Assembly: GCA_012295275.1 (NCBI GenBank)
Contig: CM022672.1
Span: forward strand, 32,178,001 to 32,242,000
Direction: 5' to 3'
Length of the DNA: 64,000 nt
Source: Chrysomallon squamiferum
Taxonomy: Eukaryota; Animalia; Mollusca
Below, piece after piece: positions 13,667 through 27,991 of the stretch; position 1 is the first letter of the stretch, and every line of letters starts with the position of its first letter. A program made the position numbers and the translations under genes. The notes below the pieces were generated by a model, which saw only the letters and a program-made list of their open reading frames with translations, did not search any database and had not been told where the DNA came from.

Positions 13667-14587
13667 TTTCTCAAAAAAAAGAACAAAAGAAGAAAAAACA
13701 ACAAATAAATAAACAATCACAAATCAAACAACAACCACAAAGTCTATAAATCTGCAAGAAAACTCAGCTAACAATTATTGTCAAACTATCATCAGCTGCA
13801 GCATCAGGCTTCTGTCATGTTTGCTTGCAGTTTCAAGGGCAGCTCACTCTGTTCTCACATGATACTTGACTGCGGTTTAGCTGATGTGGGGCTGGCCCGC
13901 TGTTTGCTCATTGCTTTAAGGGCCGCACTGATTATTTAAATTAATGTTATGTATTATGACATTTAGAGTCGCCTAGCATCAGTTTAGTATTAGTTTTTAA
14001 AGTAGTCTAGCCATTATTTATACTTTACAACTACCAGTTACCTACTTAAAGGTGTTAGACATTTTTGTTTTTGTTTTCTTTCTTTTTCTTTTTTAATATA
14101 CAATGCTAGGAAGTATTTATCAAATGCAGTATATATATATATATATATATATCTATAATAAAATAACATTTAATTAATATTAACAATATTTTTACTGACT
14201 ATTTTTAGCTTGTTTCCTGGCACTAGACAATGTCAGTGAAATGAAAACAGAAGATCCATAATTAACTATTACTTATTATAAATGTATTTGCAGTAAACAG
14301 CAGACACTTTTCCTCCCCTCTGAAAAATAATCATGAAGGTAACAATGTAACAAAAGTTCATGCAAAACATTTAACTATAGTCAGAAGGAAAACTGAACAA
14401 ATATCTAGAAGTAATATGACAAATAATGGTTATAGGGAATGTTTTGTATTAAGTACATGTGAGGGATTCAAATAAAGCATCTATTGTAATCTTTGGTTTC
14501 ACTAAAAATATGTAAAATATATTTCTGTTTGTTTAGAATTCAAGTACTTGGGTGCTGGAAGACACTTGGGACATCTACAAACACTGC

Positions 14588-14949
14588 CACTGAGACTGTC
14601 TTAACAAAAACAAGACAGTAGTGGTCTGTCAGTATTGTTCAGGTGTGTGGGATGTTGTCACTGAGACTGTCTTAACAAAAACAAGACAGTAGTGGTCTGT
14701 CAGTATTGTTCAGGTGTGTGGGATGTTGTCACTGTGACTATCTTAACAAAAACAAGACAGTAGTGGTTTGTCAGTAATGTTCAGGTGTGTGAGATGTTGT
14801 CACTGAGAGTATCTTAACAAAAACAAGACAGTAGTGGTTTGTCAGTATTGTTCAGGTGTGTGGGACGTTGTCACTGAGAGTATCTTAACAAAAACAAGAC
14901 AGTAGTCTGTCAGTATTGTTCAGGTGTATGGGATGTTGTCAGTGTGACT
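14588..14949. repeat. 71-bp minisatellite, 5 copies
   Basis: Unit cactgagactgtcttaacaaaaacaagacagtagtggtctgtcagtattgttcaggtgtgtgggatgttgt starts at 14588, 14659, 14730, 14801 and 14872. Confidence 0.95.
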
Positions 14950-17069
14950 GGGGTGAAAGGTAGGTCAGCAGAGAAGACAGAATATCTGGCAAGAGAAAAA
15001 GATGTCTGAGTCAATTGTGTACATTATATTATCAATTGTCTAAAATATTTTACTATCATGATGAATTAAAGAATGTAATGAACTAAGACACTGTGTGGAT
15101 TTTATGAGAGACAATCCTAACTTATTACAAATGATGATAATACTAAAGGTTGTCATCAACCAGTGAGTAAGACTAGAAATATTTACAAAATAATAATAAA
15201 GAAACAAAATGTAAAAAAAAGAAAAAGTCCAACAACTGGCAGACATTCACATAAATAAAATTGATATAAAAGATACAAACAAAAAACCTAGGAATTGAAA
15301 CAGAAACAATATTTATTCAAGTAATAAAAAATAGGAATCAATTAAATATCAATATAAAAAATATTCATGTCTACTGAAGCATAGTTCTGGGAAGATGTCA
15401 CCTTTTTCACAAAACTGAAAACCTCTTGCAAGTTACAGAGAGATCTTAGAGGCACCTTTCCTTCTAGAGGTCTCATGTTCAACCTGAAAAATAAAAAGAA
15501 TAAAAAAATTTAAAAAAAAATTATATAGTAATAATAATAATAATAATAATAATGTTTCCAAATGAGATGTTTGAAAATAAGTAAAATTCACATAGAACTG
15601 TGAGGACAAGTTTGACAAAAATGAAATGTTTGTCACATTGCTATGTCTTATGCCACACATGAAATGAACAAAGAAAATGTTACACATAGCACATTGAGTT
15701 ATATCACAGTCACTGCACTGAGCACAGCTACAAATGTATGTACTTGATGTACACAATCACATCAGTTTAATTCTTACTAAATATTAGTCAAAGCATTTCA
15801 GAGTTTTAAATTACAGGAAAAAAACTGCCACAACTCAATTTTGTACTAGAAGTCAGAATAGTCATTTTCACTCAGATACACAGCCTGAATAGACAGATGA
15901 CAGATACAATTTAAAATCAGCAGAAAGTGAATATAAATTATAACTGTGGATAATGCTAGAGATCAGAAATAGAATACTGCACTTTTTTAAACCTCAACAG
16001 TTTGAAATAAGAACACTGAGAAATCTTATATTATTCACTCAGCTGATCTGTTAGAGGACAGAGATTTGGAAGACTACATAGAATTATGGTAAGACAGAAT
16101 GAACACATACAAGTCAGCAGTCTTCCACTGGTAGGTTTGTAGGAGTCTGGTTGTCTACTGATGGGGATGGTGAGTCTGGTCATTCTCTGCTCGAAGTGAG
16201 GAGCCTTATCATCCACTGCTGAGTGTACCTGGTCATCCACTGGTAGGGTGTCTGATCATCTGGAATTCAGATTGCATAACAAATTTAGTTTTCTGTGATG
16301 TCCGCATGTTTTATTTTTGCTGTTAATTTCTCAACTGCTTTGGGTTGTTTTAAAAACCTGGCACTTGGTATTTAAAGAGAGAAGGAAAAACCCAACATGA
16401 AAACCAAATGGTTCAATCAGGCACGCAACCCATGTTTTGAATGACATTGCCTTTATGGACCAGTATAGTAAGCCATTGTCTGTTCTTATTTTGATAGGGT
16501 GTAATGTGTAATTAACCTGTGTCAAAAACATTTAATATAGGTATTTTTTTAAGTGTTTAATCTGCCCTCCGTGCAGATTCCTATTATATCTTTGTTCGCT
16601 GTATGATCTCATTTATTATCATTGGAAAAAGTTATTTAAATTGTATTTTATCGACTGTATAATGTATTATTATCAAGTCACATTTATAACTTGTGTTCTG
16701 TGTATTTCTCTAGTGGATAGATAGAATTATTGATTTATATAGATTGCTGTCAATTTAGTTTTTAAATTCCTTGTTAGGTGGCCATTAAAGCATCTTGTTA
16801 ACCTAGACTGAGCCTTAATAAAACATCCAAGATGTTTTATGGTGTGAGCCCTTAGACAGGATTATAAAAGTTGGAGCTCTCATCCAGGATTTTAAAAATA
16901 ATTAATGTGGGTGTTTTCTAAAATTCTTATGGAATTATTTATTTGGATATATCGAGTATTTCCCCAATTTAATGACAGCTAATTCATGTTTATATCTACT
17001 AGAGAAAACACAACAAAACAAAATAATAAGAATAAAGAACATTATAAAATTATAAAATCAAAACAGAAA

Positions 17070-19420
17070 TAATTATGGATCAAGATATAGTGCACAATCT
17101 TGGTGTAACTTCTATTAAAAGAGCCAAGAGGGCTGAGCTAATAGAATTGACAAATATTCATAATATTTCAAGTCCCAGTCAAGATAGAGCAAATCAGAGA
17201 AGTATTAACAGAGGCTTTTTTTGAGATTCTTTAGACAATGAGAGTGGGGGAAGTAATGACATAGGTGTAACTCAGAGTATGGCAGAATCACTGCTATTAC
17301 AGGATATAAACCTTCAAACAAAAATTAAATTTTAAGAAGGTAGAACATGAAAATGATAAGACAAAAGAGAATATGAAAGAAAAGAAAATGGAGAGAGAAG
17401 ACAGGGACAAGGAAAGAGAATTTCTGATAATTAAACAGAAAATGGAGCATGAACTTAAAATGAGAGGAGAGTTTAGACAGAATTCAAGTGAGAATGGATT
17501 GAATGGTTTTAGAATCAATAATTGTTACAGGTCAGTTCTTAATTTTGATGAGAATGATGTTCATATTTTCTTTCTTGAAAGAGTGTCATTTGAATCTAAA
17601 TGGCCAAAACAGTTTGGGCATTTAATAGTTCAGAATAAATTGACAGGAAAGGCTGTTCTAGTATATAATTCACTGGATAATGTTCAGGTTAGAAATTATG
17701 AAGTGTTAAAATCAGCTGTGTGATGCATATTGTCAGTCTTTCTGGAGGTTGAGAAAGTCAGTTTCAGAAATGCACTGTGAGTTTCTGTTCAGAAAACAGA
17801 ATGCTTATGATAAATGCACTACATCAAACAATACTTGATGATTATTCCCGATTTTGTGAATTTATCATTTTGGAAGAAATAATAATAAAAAATAAAAAAT
17901 AAAAAAAAAATAAAAAGAAACAAAAAACCAACAATTGTTACATTTGGGAGATCAGGGTTTAGAACATGTAAGCTGCTGATAGCTACTTTCTCATCCACCA
18001 GTCACCAAGTTGTGAGTTCAGTTTTGCTAAGAATGTTGATGGTAATCAGGAAACATTTTCTGGTAGGGCTACATCAGTTAGGAAGTTTGGTTTGGGCAGC
18101 AGCATAAACATAATACTAGGACAGGGATGGCAGTAAAGAGTAAGCTGAGACAAAGTCTTTTCAACCACACTGTTTGTATTGTAAAATAATCAGTCATGTT
18201 GTTTCAAGCTTTTATGCCAGAATAAAAAGGATAATCAGAAAACTGTAGGTTTTATTAGAACAAAAACTAAGGACAATGTTTCAAAACTACCATATAATCA
18301 TTCAGTCAGTTAAGAGGAATGTGTACTAACATTCCATTACACAGACTTCTGATCAGTTCACCCTTACATTCTAGAGAGGTGTAGGTTGGTCTCAAAGATA
18401 GTTTACTGAAGGAGGGTGTACATTTTTAGCTTGGTAATGATCTTTCAGATAACTGTTGTAAAAAGTGTGGAACTTTACAGTGTTAAAAAGACTCCCATTT
18501 TAACCTGTGATGATGAGGCAGCTGATACTTTTCTGACCTGTTCTCTATGAGATCTATTGCAAGGAAAATCCTTTCATTGATTTAACTGATACATGTTTGT
18601 CAAGGATATTTGAAGGAGTAGATGAGATAGATTCAAGTAAAAAGGTTGAATCAGAATCTAGTAAAACAGTGGTTGTTGTTGATCAAACACATAGCTTAGC
18701 TGAGTTAAATATGTCTGTTTGATAATATCCCACAGATTAACTGGAACATAAAGAGTCTGTGTGAAACACACAAAAGTGATCCATCTTTGAAAGTGGTGAG
18801 GTCAAAAATAGTGGATAAAAACAGAGTAAATGTTTTCGTGTGCATAACGATATGTTGATGAAGAAAACATTAAATAAAATCATGTCAAATGAAAAGGAGA
18901 AGTATGAATGTTTTCAAATTGTAGTACCTATAATATTCAAAAAGCAAATACCTAGTTTAAGTCATGAAAATGTGTTTGCACATCATTTGGGGTTAACAAA
19001 AATATATGTGTGCATTGCATCAGACTTCTACTGGCTAGGAATGTATCACAACACAAAGAAATTTGTCAAAAGTTGTGAGGGGTGTCATAAAAATGGGAAA
19101 GCAAATCAAGTTATTCCCCAGCACCCCTAAAATGGATACCAATCACTGGACCTGCTTTTTCAAAAGTATTAGTAGATATTGTGGGACCACTGCCCAGAAC
19201 TAGCCAGGGTAATGAATATCTGTAGACAATAATGTGTGTGAATACTAGGTTCCAGAGGCAATCCCATTACATAAGATGACAACTAGTGTGGCAGCAAAAG
19301 CTCTGATAAAATATTTCATGATGACTGGTTTACCAGATGAAATTCAGTCTGATCAAGGCTCAAATTTCATGTGAAAATTGTTTCAGCAAGTCATGGTTAT
19401 GTTAGGAATGCATCAGGTGA
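17070..19420 (+). mobile_element. Degenerate Ty3/Gypsy LTR retrotransposon, Gmr1-like (gag-protease-integrase order)
   Basis: Gag: FDENDV..ERV..KWPK..IVQNKLTGKA..YEVLKSAV. Zn-knuckle-like CLYCKIISH at ~18170. Protease-region tail GVHF*LGNDL at ~18415. Integrase HHCC (H..AHHLG..FYW..CEGC) and core VDIVGPLPRT..PEAIPL..IQSDQGSNF at 18960-19410. Many stops and frameshifts. Confidence 0.85.
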
Positions 19421-20013
19421 CACAAAAGTGAGTTGGTAAAAATGGTAAATTTGGATAATAGGTGACTGGACAAATCTGGTGTATTATATTAATCAGACAA
19501 TGGGACAGTAAAATAAAGAACTTTATATTGTCAAGTGTTATGCAAATAGTTTGATAATAAAGAAAATTCCTACAAAATCTCTTAGTCATGTCTGATGTGT
19601 TTATCAAGCTCACTCTAGTGGTTCACACAAGAGATTAGAAGGCTTCAACCACAGCGACGTTGCTAGTGATCGAGTGGTTTCACATCTTAAATACTGACCT
19701 ATTACTTTGTAAGTTATGATTAAAATTATTTTCATGTTTACTTACTTCACACATCTACAAATGTCATGAACATTACAAACAGTTCCTTTCTAGTCTTCAG
19801 ATTTGACATCTTCAGTCTCTTTGTGGCTGTTCCCAGTGGACCTTCTTTCTTGTAATGGGCTTTGCTCTGCACAAAGTGTCTGTAAATGGTGTTTAATTTT
19901 TCTATAGTCCAACTCACATTTCTAACTGTTTTTCTTTTTCTCTTTTGAATTTTTCATTGCTCCACCTTCATGATTAACACTCTGCAACACAACAAGAAGA
20001 AGAATAACAAAAA

Positions 20014-20054
<41 letters not shown>

Positions 20055-22400
20055 TAAAAAATAAATAAATAAATAAATAAATAAAATAAAATGAAAAATA
20101 ATATCCCTGACAATGAATCACATTTATTTCAGTCAGTTTTAATGGAGCTGAAACTTTTCATTATCTGTACTCAAAGCTGCTGTGTGGAAACATATTGTTA
20201 CAATGGACAACACAGTTTTGTTTCAGTATTTTTTAAGTCAAATAATGAATAGTTTGATGAAAATATTTCAATCTGTATTTATTATATGCACATCAAAATA
20301 ACACTTACCTTGCATCAGTTTAGTATTTATTCCCAAATCTAATACCACCAAACTGAAAAGAAATGATGATTTCACATGAAATGCTTTTTACTAGGAAATG
20401 AGAAACTGTAAGAATCACAAAACACAATTGTTAAAGTGCTACACACAGTAAAATGCTACTGACAAAGATGAATGTAAATGTTTTTCATAAGATATCTGTG
20501 TCAGTCTAAACTTATGTATACAGTGAGATGATCAGAAACAAATGGATGGATGAAAAAAGAATAAAATGAGATAGAAAAACACAAACACGTATAAATATAT
20601 ATATATATTGTGAGAATGAACTAATAAAATGTGATGTTACTCTGACAAGAAATGTTTTATTTTGAATTACTAGAAACATAATAAATCTTTTAACATTACT
20701 CCATGGTATTAGTGGCTTAAGTTTTGTTATTTGACTGAAATATTAAATGTTATTAAAGCTTGTTGTAAACTATTGTTAGGATGAATTTTTGCAACAGAAA
20801 ACCTAAAACAATGACTAAATAAATGATCATTACAAGCATTAACTTTTAAATTAAAATAAATAAATAAAAGTGCCACTTAAGCCTGTACTTTTCACAAAGT
20901 GTATATGAATCATAACATAATCACATATTTGTCTAATTATATTTTTTCTAACATTAGATGGAAATAATCTTTAGAATAAAAACAAAAATTACACAATAAT
21001 AACAAGATTAATACACTTCTAAACTATAAATTATTACTGTTATAATTTATTATTAATTTTCATTTGCATGCAGAAATTAAAAAATAAAAATAAATAAAAA
21101 GTAAATAAAGGTAAACAAAACACAACATAAACTTTATCTTGTAAGAATGTAAAATATATATAAAAACTGGGTTCACTTTTAACTATAAATGAATTCTTTA
21201 GCTGAACTTTATCAGTTTTGTATTGTAAATATGAACTCTATCATTTTGCATGTCTTTATAAAACATTTATTTATTTACTGCTATCATAATTAAATAAAAA
21301 GCAACACTACAGCACAAGTGGAGTGACATCATAGAACTTAACTATCTGATATGTGAAACATTTACTACCATGTTTTGATTATTAACTCTGGTTTAACTGT
21401 AAGAAAGATAAATAAACATAAAGAAAGGGAAACAACTCAAAATTTATAACAATAAATGAATCAAGGTAACAAGGATTTTCTCTTAATAATTATATTACCC
21501 TTTCTCAAGCTACGCATCTTTCATTACTGGTTTCTGTCAACAGACAAATGTTTATCTCAGTAAAAGAACTGACAGCAGAAATGTGTGTGAAAAACATACC
21601 TTTCAAATTATGTATGACTTGTAAAAGTAATAAATAGTTTGTAGTAGCTTTTGACTGAATGTAATAATAATAATATGTGTGTGTGAATGATTGGAAAAAG
21701 TATCGTTACATCTTACTTGAAATTTTGTCTTCTTCACTTTCCCCTGTCCTTGTATAAATTTTGATCATCAGAGCTATCATCTTGTGATGTTTCCCTGTCC
21801 TTGTATAATGAGAAATTATTACTATGATCATCAGAGCTGTCATCTTGTGATGTAACTACATCACAAACACTGTCCTTGTATGCTTGGTCCTCCTCACAAG
21901 GCTCATCTTCATCTGACATATCAGTCTGAAATGTTTTGTTACAGTATTGTTAAAAAAACAACACAAAAACAAAACAGGATCTGACAAAACATATCTTCCA
22001 TCACAGCAAAGTATATGAACACTGATCTTACATAAAAGAAACAAATACAAAATAATAATAATAATAATAATAAATAAATAAAATGTTAAATATAAATACC
22101 TGAAGTGTGTCATACAATCCAACAGTCCAGGTCTGGAAAAGGCATTTCAAGAAATGATTGATATTTTCCACTTTTCATGCACTGCAAAAAATAAAATGAA
22201 AAAACATCAGAATTGCTACAACTTATTATAATATTATAAAAAAATAAAAAAAAAAAAAAATTAGTGAGAACATATACACACAAAGTTTAATTAATTACTG
22301 ACACATGTAAGTACATAAATAGAAAGAGCATTAACTATACAAATTAATGTGTCAAACAATTTCAAGATTCTAACCTAAAATAAATTAGAAAAAAAAAAAA

Positions 22401-22431
<31 letters not shown>

Positions 22432-23433
22432 CACATATCCCTTGTAAAAACTTGCCTTATGAGATACTTCATCTACAACAGGTTTCATGTGCAGTAGATG
22501 TCTATCACTTTCAACATACCTGAAAACAGGACAGATTTGGATACTGCAATATCAATGTCAAACTAATGTTATGTAACAATTATTTCTTTTGTAATCCATT
22601 CAGTTAGTAAATAATAATCTACTCTTTACTGTGGACTATACCACACCTATTGATTTATATCAAAGCATTTAGTTCTATAAAATAAATATGAATGTTGCCA
22701 ATGACGACTTACAGTAATACCCTAGTAAAAACCCTCCTGCACTTAAAACTGTCTGCAAAACGAAGGTTAATGTTTCCAACAACTGTTTATAGTAACACCT
22801 TAGAAAAACATCCTACTGCCCTTAAATTGTGTTTTGTAATGCAAATGTCTGTGCATTTTGTAAATCCATTCTTATTATGGTTTAGACTACAATGAATGAA
22901 TCATATTTTTGTTGTCTTTTTCTTAATTGAAATCTAACCGGGCTGATCCGCGTTGATCCAAATCTTTAAGTCTCAGGCTGTCTCCGAAGAAAGATGAAAT
23001 GTCTTGAAATTCTTTTAAGCTGTTTTTTTTTTTTTGTTTTTTTAAAGTTCTGTGAGCCATAATCTTTTACAGATCCTCTGTATATCCGTACCACAATTAA
23101 AGTTTTCAAAAGGCGTTGAATACCCGGATATAATGCTTATTGTGCATGAGGGTTATTTCCCCTTGTCGTTTATTTACATTGATTTCGTCCCTGGAGCAAG
23201 AGCATCTGAGCCAAAGATAGTGTTTCTGAAATATTATCCATGGTAAACAAATAACGATATATGCGATTATTTTAAAGAATTTATGGACGAAAAAAATCTT
23301 CTTAGTTTATTTCAAATCCTTTCTTTTCAGAAGAAAATAAAATCTAGGTTTCACTATTCTAATGGTTATTTCGTAGAATAAAACGTAAAGGGTAATCCTA
23401 GAGGAAACTAGGTAAACTGTAGAATGACAGTAC

Positions 23434-23490
<57 letters not shown>

Positions 23491-23504
23491 TATGATGAAA
23501 ATGC

Positions 23505-23542
<38 letters not shown>

Positions 23543-23844
23543 AGTTAACAGTCTGTTTTGAATTTCTCACAGGCTTTTTTTTTTTTATATCTAAGGAACT
23601 CAACAAAATGTAACCATTTGAATGAAAAGTTTAATTCATAAGATAGCATCATAAAATATAAATTTCCTATTAGTTAATAGCAATGAAATGAATGAATGAA
23701 TAAATGAATGAAGAATCTAGTATCATAAGTATCAAGGGTGATAATTCCTATATATATTTATTATGAAGTGTATAAGTTAGCTGTTGTGAAAATATATATT
23801 CAATAAATTAGTTTTCTGTTTTCAAGAGAGCTGGATTTGGTAGT

Positions 23845-23955
23845 CTTTGCACTGGTATAATAATGACTATGGTATGTACTCTCCTGTCTGTGGGATGGTA
23901 CATATCAATGATCTTTAGCTGCTAACTGGATAGCCCATGAAGTGATGAGTTTTTC
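23845..23955 (+). mobile_element. SINE relic (conserved central domain of invertebrate tRNA-SINEs)
   Basis: ACTGGTATA..TGGTATGTACTCTCCTGTCTGTGGGATGGTACATAT..GATC..GCTGCTAA..TAGCCCATGAAGTG resembles, from memory, a widespread mollusc SINE core. Confidence 0.5.
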
Positions 23956-24391
23956 TTATTTAGATTTTTTTATGTATATACATGTGTTTGTGTATGTTCT
24001 TATCTGCATGCACATGTCCATTTTTGTTTGTATACAACTTCAATCATATAACCAAGCTGCAATAACTTATATAGGTTAGGACACTGGCTTGAAAAATAAA
24101 AGACAGCTGGTTCAAGCCTCATCATTTGTAGCTCAATGATTTGAGTTACTGTTCAGTGATTAAGTCTTTGTGCATATTCCAACCTTGTGAAGAAAACCTA
24201 ATATTTTACATTCAATAAAAAATTAACTGATTTTTTTCTGATCTTGTCATGAAACAATTTAATTCTGCATATCTCTAAAGTGTATATGTAACAATAACAG
24301 AGTAGTAAGAGTAAGAAATATTTCAAATCTTAAAATGGATTTTAAAAGCTGTATTGTATTTGTTTGTTGTTGTTGTTGTTTTGTCATTGTT

Positions 24392-24433
<42 letters not shown>

Positions 24434-24985
24434 TGAAGTTTATTAAAAATATTTTTCTACAAAATAAACAAACAAAGCAAAAACAGTTGAAGTAAAATAT
24501 TTGTATTGGTTCAGGTTAAGTTTTTGTGAAAACAATTATTTCTTCTAATATTGTCTTTATGTATCAAACATTCTTAAAACATCTTAAAGAAAAATAAGAA
24601 AACAACCATTTTTTCTATTTTGTACATCCAACACTCATGCCATAATCTATATTTAATACATAATAAATATCCTTAGCTTTGCCAAAAACTTCAGGATTTA
24701 CTGCTTTCATTGGTATCTGAAATGTCACATTATTTTCAAAGATTCAAATCTGATTTATTTAAGTGTTCTCTATAATATCCTTTCTTTTTTCCACTTTTGT
24801 TGATAGTATTGAGATCTTCCCTCTGATCAATGGCTAACTGTCGCTTGAGATCCAGCAACATACCCACTGCCTTGTTTATAACAGTTTACTCTGATTTATA
24901 TGTTATTAGCACACAAACCAATACCTTTCAAATTTGAGTCCAGGTTTGAAAATAGAGATAAACTTGTTGTGTGTCACATTACACT

Positions 24986-25135
24986 AGCTGTGTAAGTTGT
25001 GTTTGAATCATTTCACTGGTTGCTGACATGTAATTCTGTAGACAACAGCTGTGTAAGTTGTATTTAAATCATTTCACTGGTTGCTGACATGTAATTCTGT
25101 AGACAACAGCTGTGTAAGTTGTGTTTAAATCATAC
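24986..25135. repeat. 61-bp tandem repeat, ~2.4 copies
   Basis: agctgtgtaagttgt.. recurs at 24986, 25047 and 25108. Confidence 0.9.
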
Positions 25136-25149
25136 TAAGACAAGTGAGA

Positions 25150-26150
25150 CAATGTTTTTTGTTTTTTTTAAAAGGTCTGTTTGGAAGGTGGGTAGAAACG
25201 TGTATAAAGTGATTCCTCACAGCAAACTCCAGCCTACGTTTGAAGAAGTATTCAAAGCTCTGTTGATCTGTACCAAACCAAATCACAATGTCCTGAGACT
25301 TTGAAATAGTGATATGTAATGAGATAAAGTCTAAAAGACACATCACAATTCAGATTTGCTTCTACCACGTAACTGAGTATTCTCATGCAAATACAGAAGG
25401 AAAGTCTGTCTGTTCTCTGATAGAATTATACATCAGTGAAACACGTGCTTGTCACGTGTCCTTGAGCTGACGTAAGCCTGTCCTGTCAACAAGTTCACTA
25501 ACATTCTGTGCTGTCCATTATGTTGTTTACAGATTCCACATTATTATTTTTCCATCAGAGAGGCTTTGTGAGGCTTCCCTTTTGGCCTGCATCAACTTGA
25601 TACTGAAGTATTTTGTCAGTCCTAGCAGTGAGCATCATAATCATGTAGCTGTTTGTCAAAGATGAAGGAGTCATTTGCATTTAGCAGCATTTCCCAAACA
25701 TGTTGTCTCATTCTTTAGGTGTCACCTGATGTTTTCTTCTAAGTGTCTTGTGTGTAAGAGTTGTCTTCAGTTGGAAAGCTTAAGATGAATGATTTAATTA
25801 GAGCCTTTTCTTTATCTGATCTGTTATGTTTTGTTTTTATTTTGAAATATTTTTACATTAATTAGAAAATATATTATCAAAATAAAAACTGAGTGAAGCT
25901 GTGTTCATCATAATTAGGAAGTTCTGTATTTTAGTTATTTATAACAGATATATTACAGTAGATTAGTTCTGTACTGTCTCAATCTTATCAAGACATGCAT
26001 TTCTGCTGTGGACTCAGTCTTTTAAAGACAGGTCAGTGTTTCTTTGCTGTTCAGATCATTCTGTTAAAGTCTGCAATGTGATGTGTGTACAGGAATGTAT
26101 CTCTCACTGAAGTATTGTTTATATTTTTGTGTGAAACAACAGGACGATAT
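25150..26150 (-). mobile_element. Degenerate Mutator-like (MULE) transposase
   Basis: Minus-strand motifs in MULE order: SDKEKALIKSF..SFP (~25819-25770), TRHLEENIR (~25750), WKNNNVESVNNIM (~25554-25516). Confidence 0.65.
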
Positions 26151-27954
26151 TGGCTTTTTAATTTTTCATTATTTCACAATTTTTTAGAATATTTAAAATT
26201 ATTTAAGATAATTTAAAATTTTAAACAAACCTTTTTTTCATATAATTTTAATTTGTTTTCAAAAATGGTTTCATTTCTTATTTATTCTTTCTTGTTGTAG
26301 TTGTTTTTCTTATTATTATTTTATAATAAATTTTTAAAAATTTAAAATTACACTTTCTTTTTATTATTTTATTCTATACAGTAAATAAAAATTACTACTA
26401 TTATATTATGATTAATATTAGAGTTATGCATATGCCTAATAATTGGTATTATTATTATTATTATTAGTAGTAGTAGTAGTAGTAGTAGTTGTAGTAGTAA
26501 TAGCAGCATAGACTATTATTATTATTATTTGTATGAACACTTTGAGGAGATCAGTAAAGGAAGACTTAAAAGAATAGCAAAAATATTGATTATTCTGTTC
26601 ATGTTCTGAAATGTAGGTAACCATTGCTTTTCTTTAAGAAATATTTGTTTAAAACTTAATACTGACTTAAAGTTTTATTCTAGAGCTCCAGGAAAAGAGA
26701 TCTGAAATAAAAATGAATAGTAATCACTAATCACAGATGTTAAAAATTATTAAACTTTGTATTTCTCATTTGATTTAATGATGAGAGGTCATTTTTTTAA
26801 ATATTTTCATTTAAAGTTTTTATTAACAGTTCTTGAATACTAAACTCTTGCTTAGATTTGTTTATTTAGAAAAGAGTAAATGTAAGCAGTGTTATCAGTA
26901 ATTTTGTATTAGTTCAGTCTGAATATATAATACCAGGATTTTAAAATCAGTTAAAGTGTATTCACTGAATTTTCTAGACACAAGAATGACACAGTTTATT
27001 AGTAAATGTGGCTTTGTAATATTAACCTAAATACTGTATTAAATTTAATGCCACAAAAGGAACATCAGTTTGATGCAGTGTTTACAAATAAAATGTTTGT
27101 GTTAAATTACATCAAAGTGTAAGATAACTTGTAACACAAGAGATAAACACAGAACTCTCCTAACAAAGCTTTAACAAAAAACTTTTCTATTTTGTCTCAT
27201 GTTGTATATAAAAAAAACTAAAATCAGATTGCAAATGGATAGTATGTTGCTTTTTTCTTGCTGAAAGCATTGATGCAACCATCAGTTCAGGTTTTGTTAA
27301 CTTGCTAGTATTTATTCATTTTCTCTCTGCCAAAATCTTGGTTTTGTGTAATGTCTGGTGATGGTCATTATGTTAAAGTATGTGAGCTAGTTTTCCTGTA
27401 TTAAATGACTTATCCTTTTGTTTGCACAATGGATCTGATGAAATCTCTTCTATTAATTTCACTTTAAAATGCATTGTCATGTTTTAGATCACTCTGACCA
27501 TTATGAATCCAATAAACAACACAAAATGTGCTCACATGTATTTATGCAGATTCTACTTTTCTCACTAAATGTAAATGAATGAATTTACTGAAGTATCACA
27601 ACACAATGAAAATAGTCTCATTCATCTAGCTGCAGATATTATTACAAGACATGGGATCATTGTTTATTAATCCTTCAAAGAAGTGTGATCATTTCTTCTC
27701 ACACTGAGGTCTAATTACATGCAAATTGCTGCCATTGTTTAACAAGTGAAACTACTTCTAAAATTGAGTTCCAGCAGAGACATAGTTTATTTGTATACAT
27801 TTTTTTGCTGGGAATTTTCACTCGAAATCAGAAGTAGACAGCACATAGACTAGTAATGTTTTGATCATAAATGATTAATGTTAGTAGATCAGGACTTTGA
27901 AATGATTAGTCAGATATATATGTGTGTGTGTGTTTGTATGTATGTATGTCTGTA

Positions 27955-27991
<37 letters not shown>

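Noticed and set aside
14588-14949. Possible CRISPR array (71-bp period)
   Set aside because: The whole unit is repeated, with no variable spacer.
24560-24930. Coding-like minus-strand fragment (INKAVGMLLDLKRQLAID..)
   Set aside because: Multiple stops and no recognisable family.
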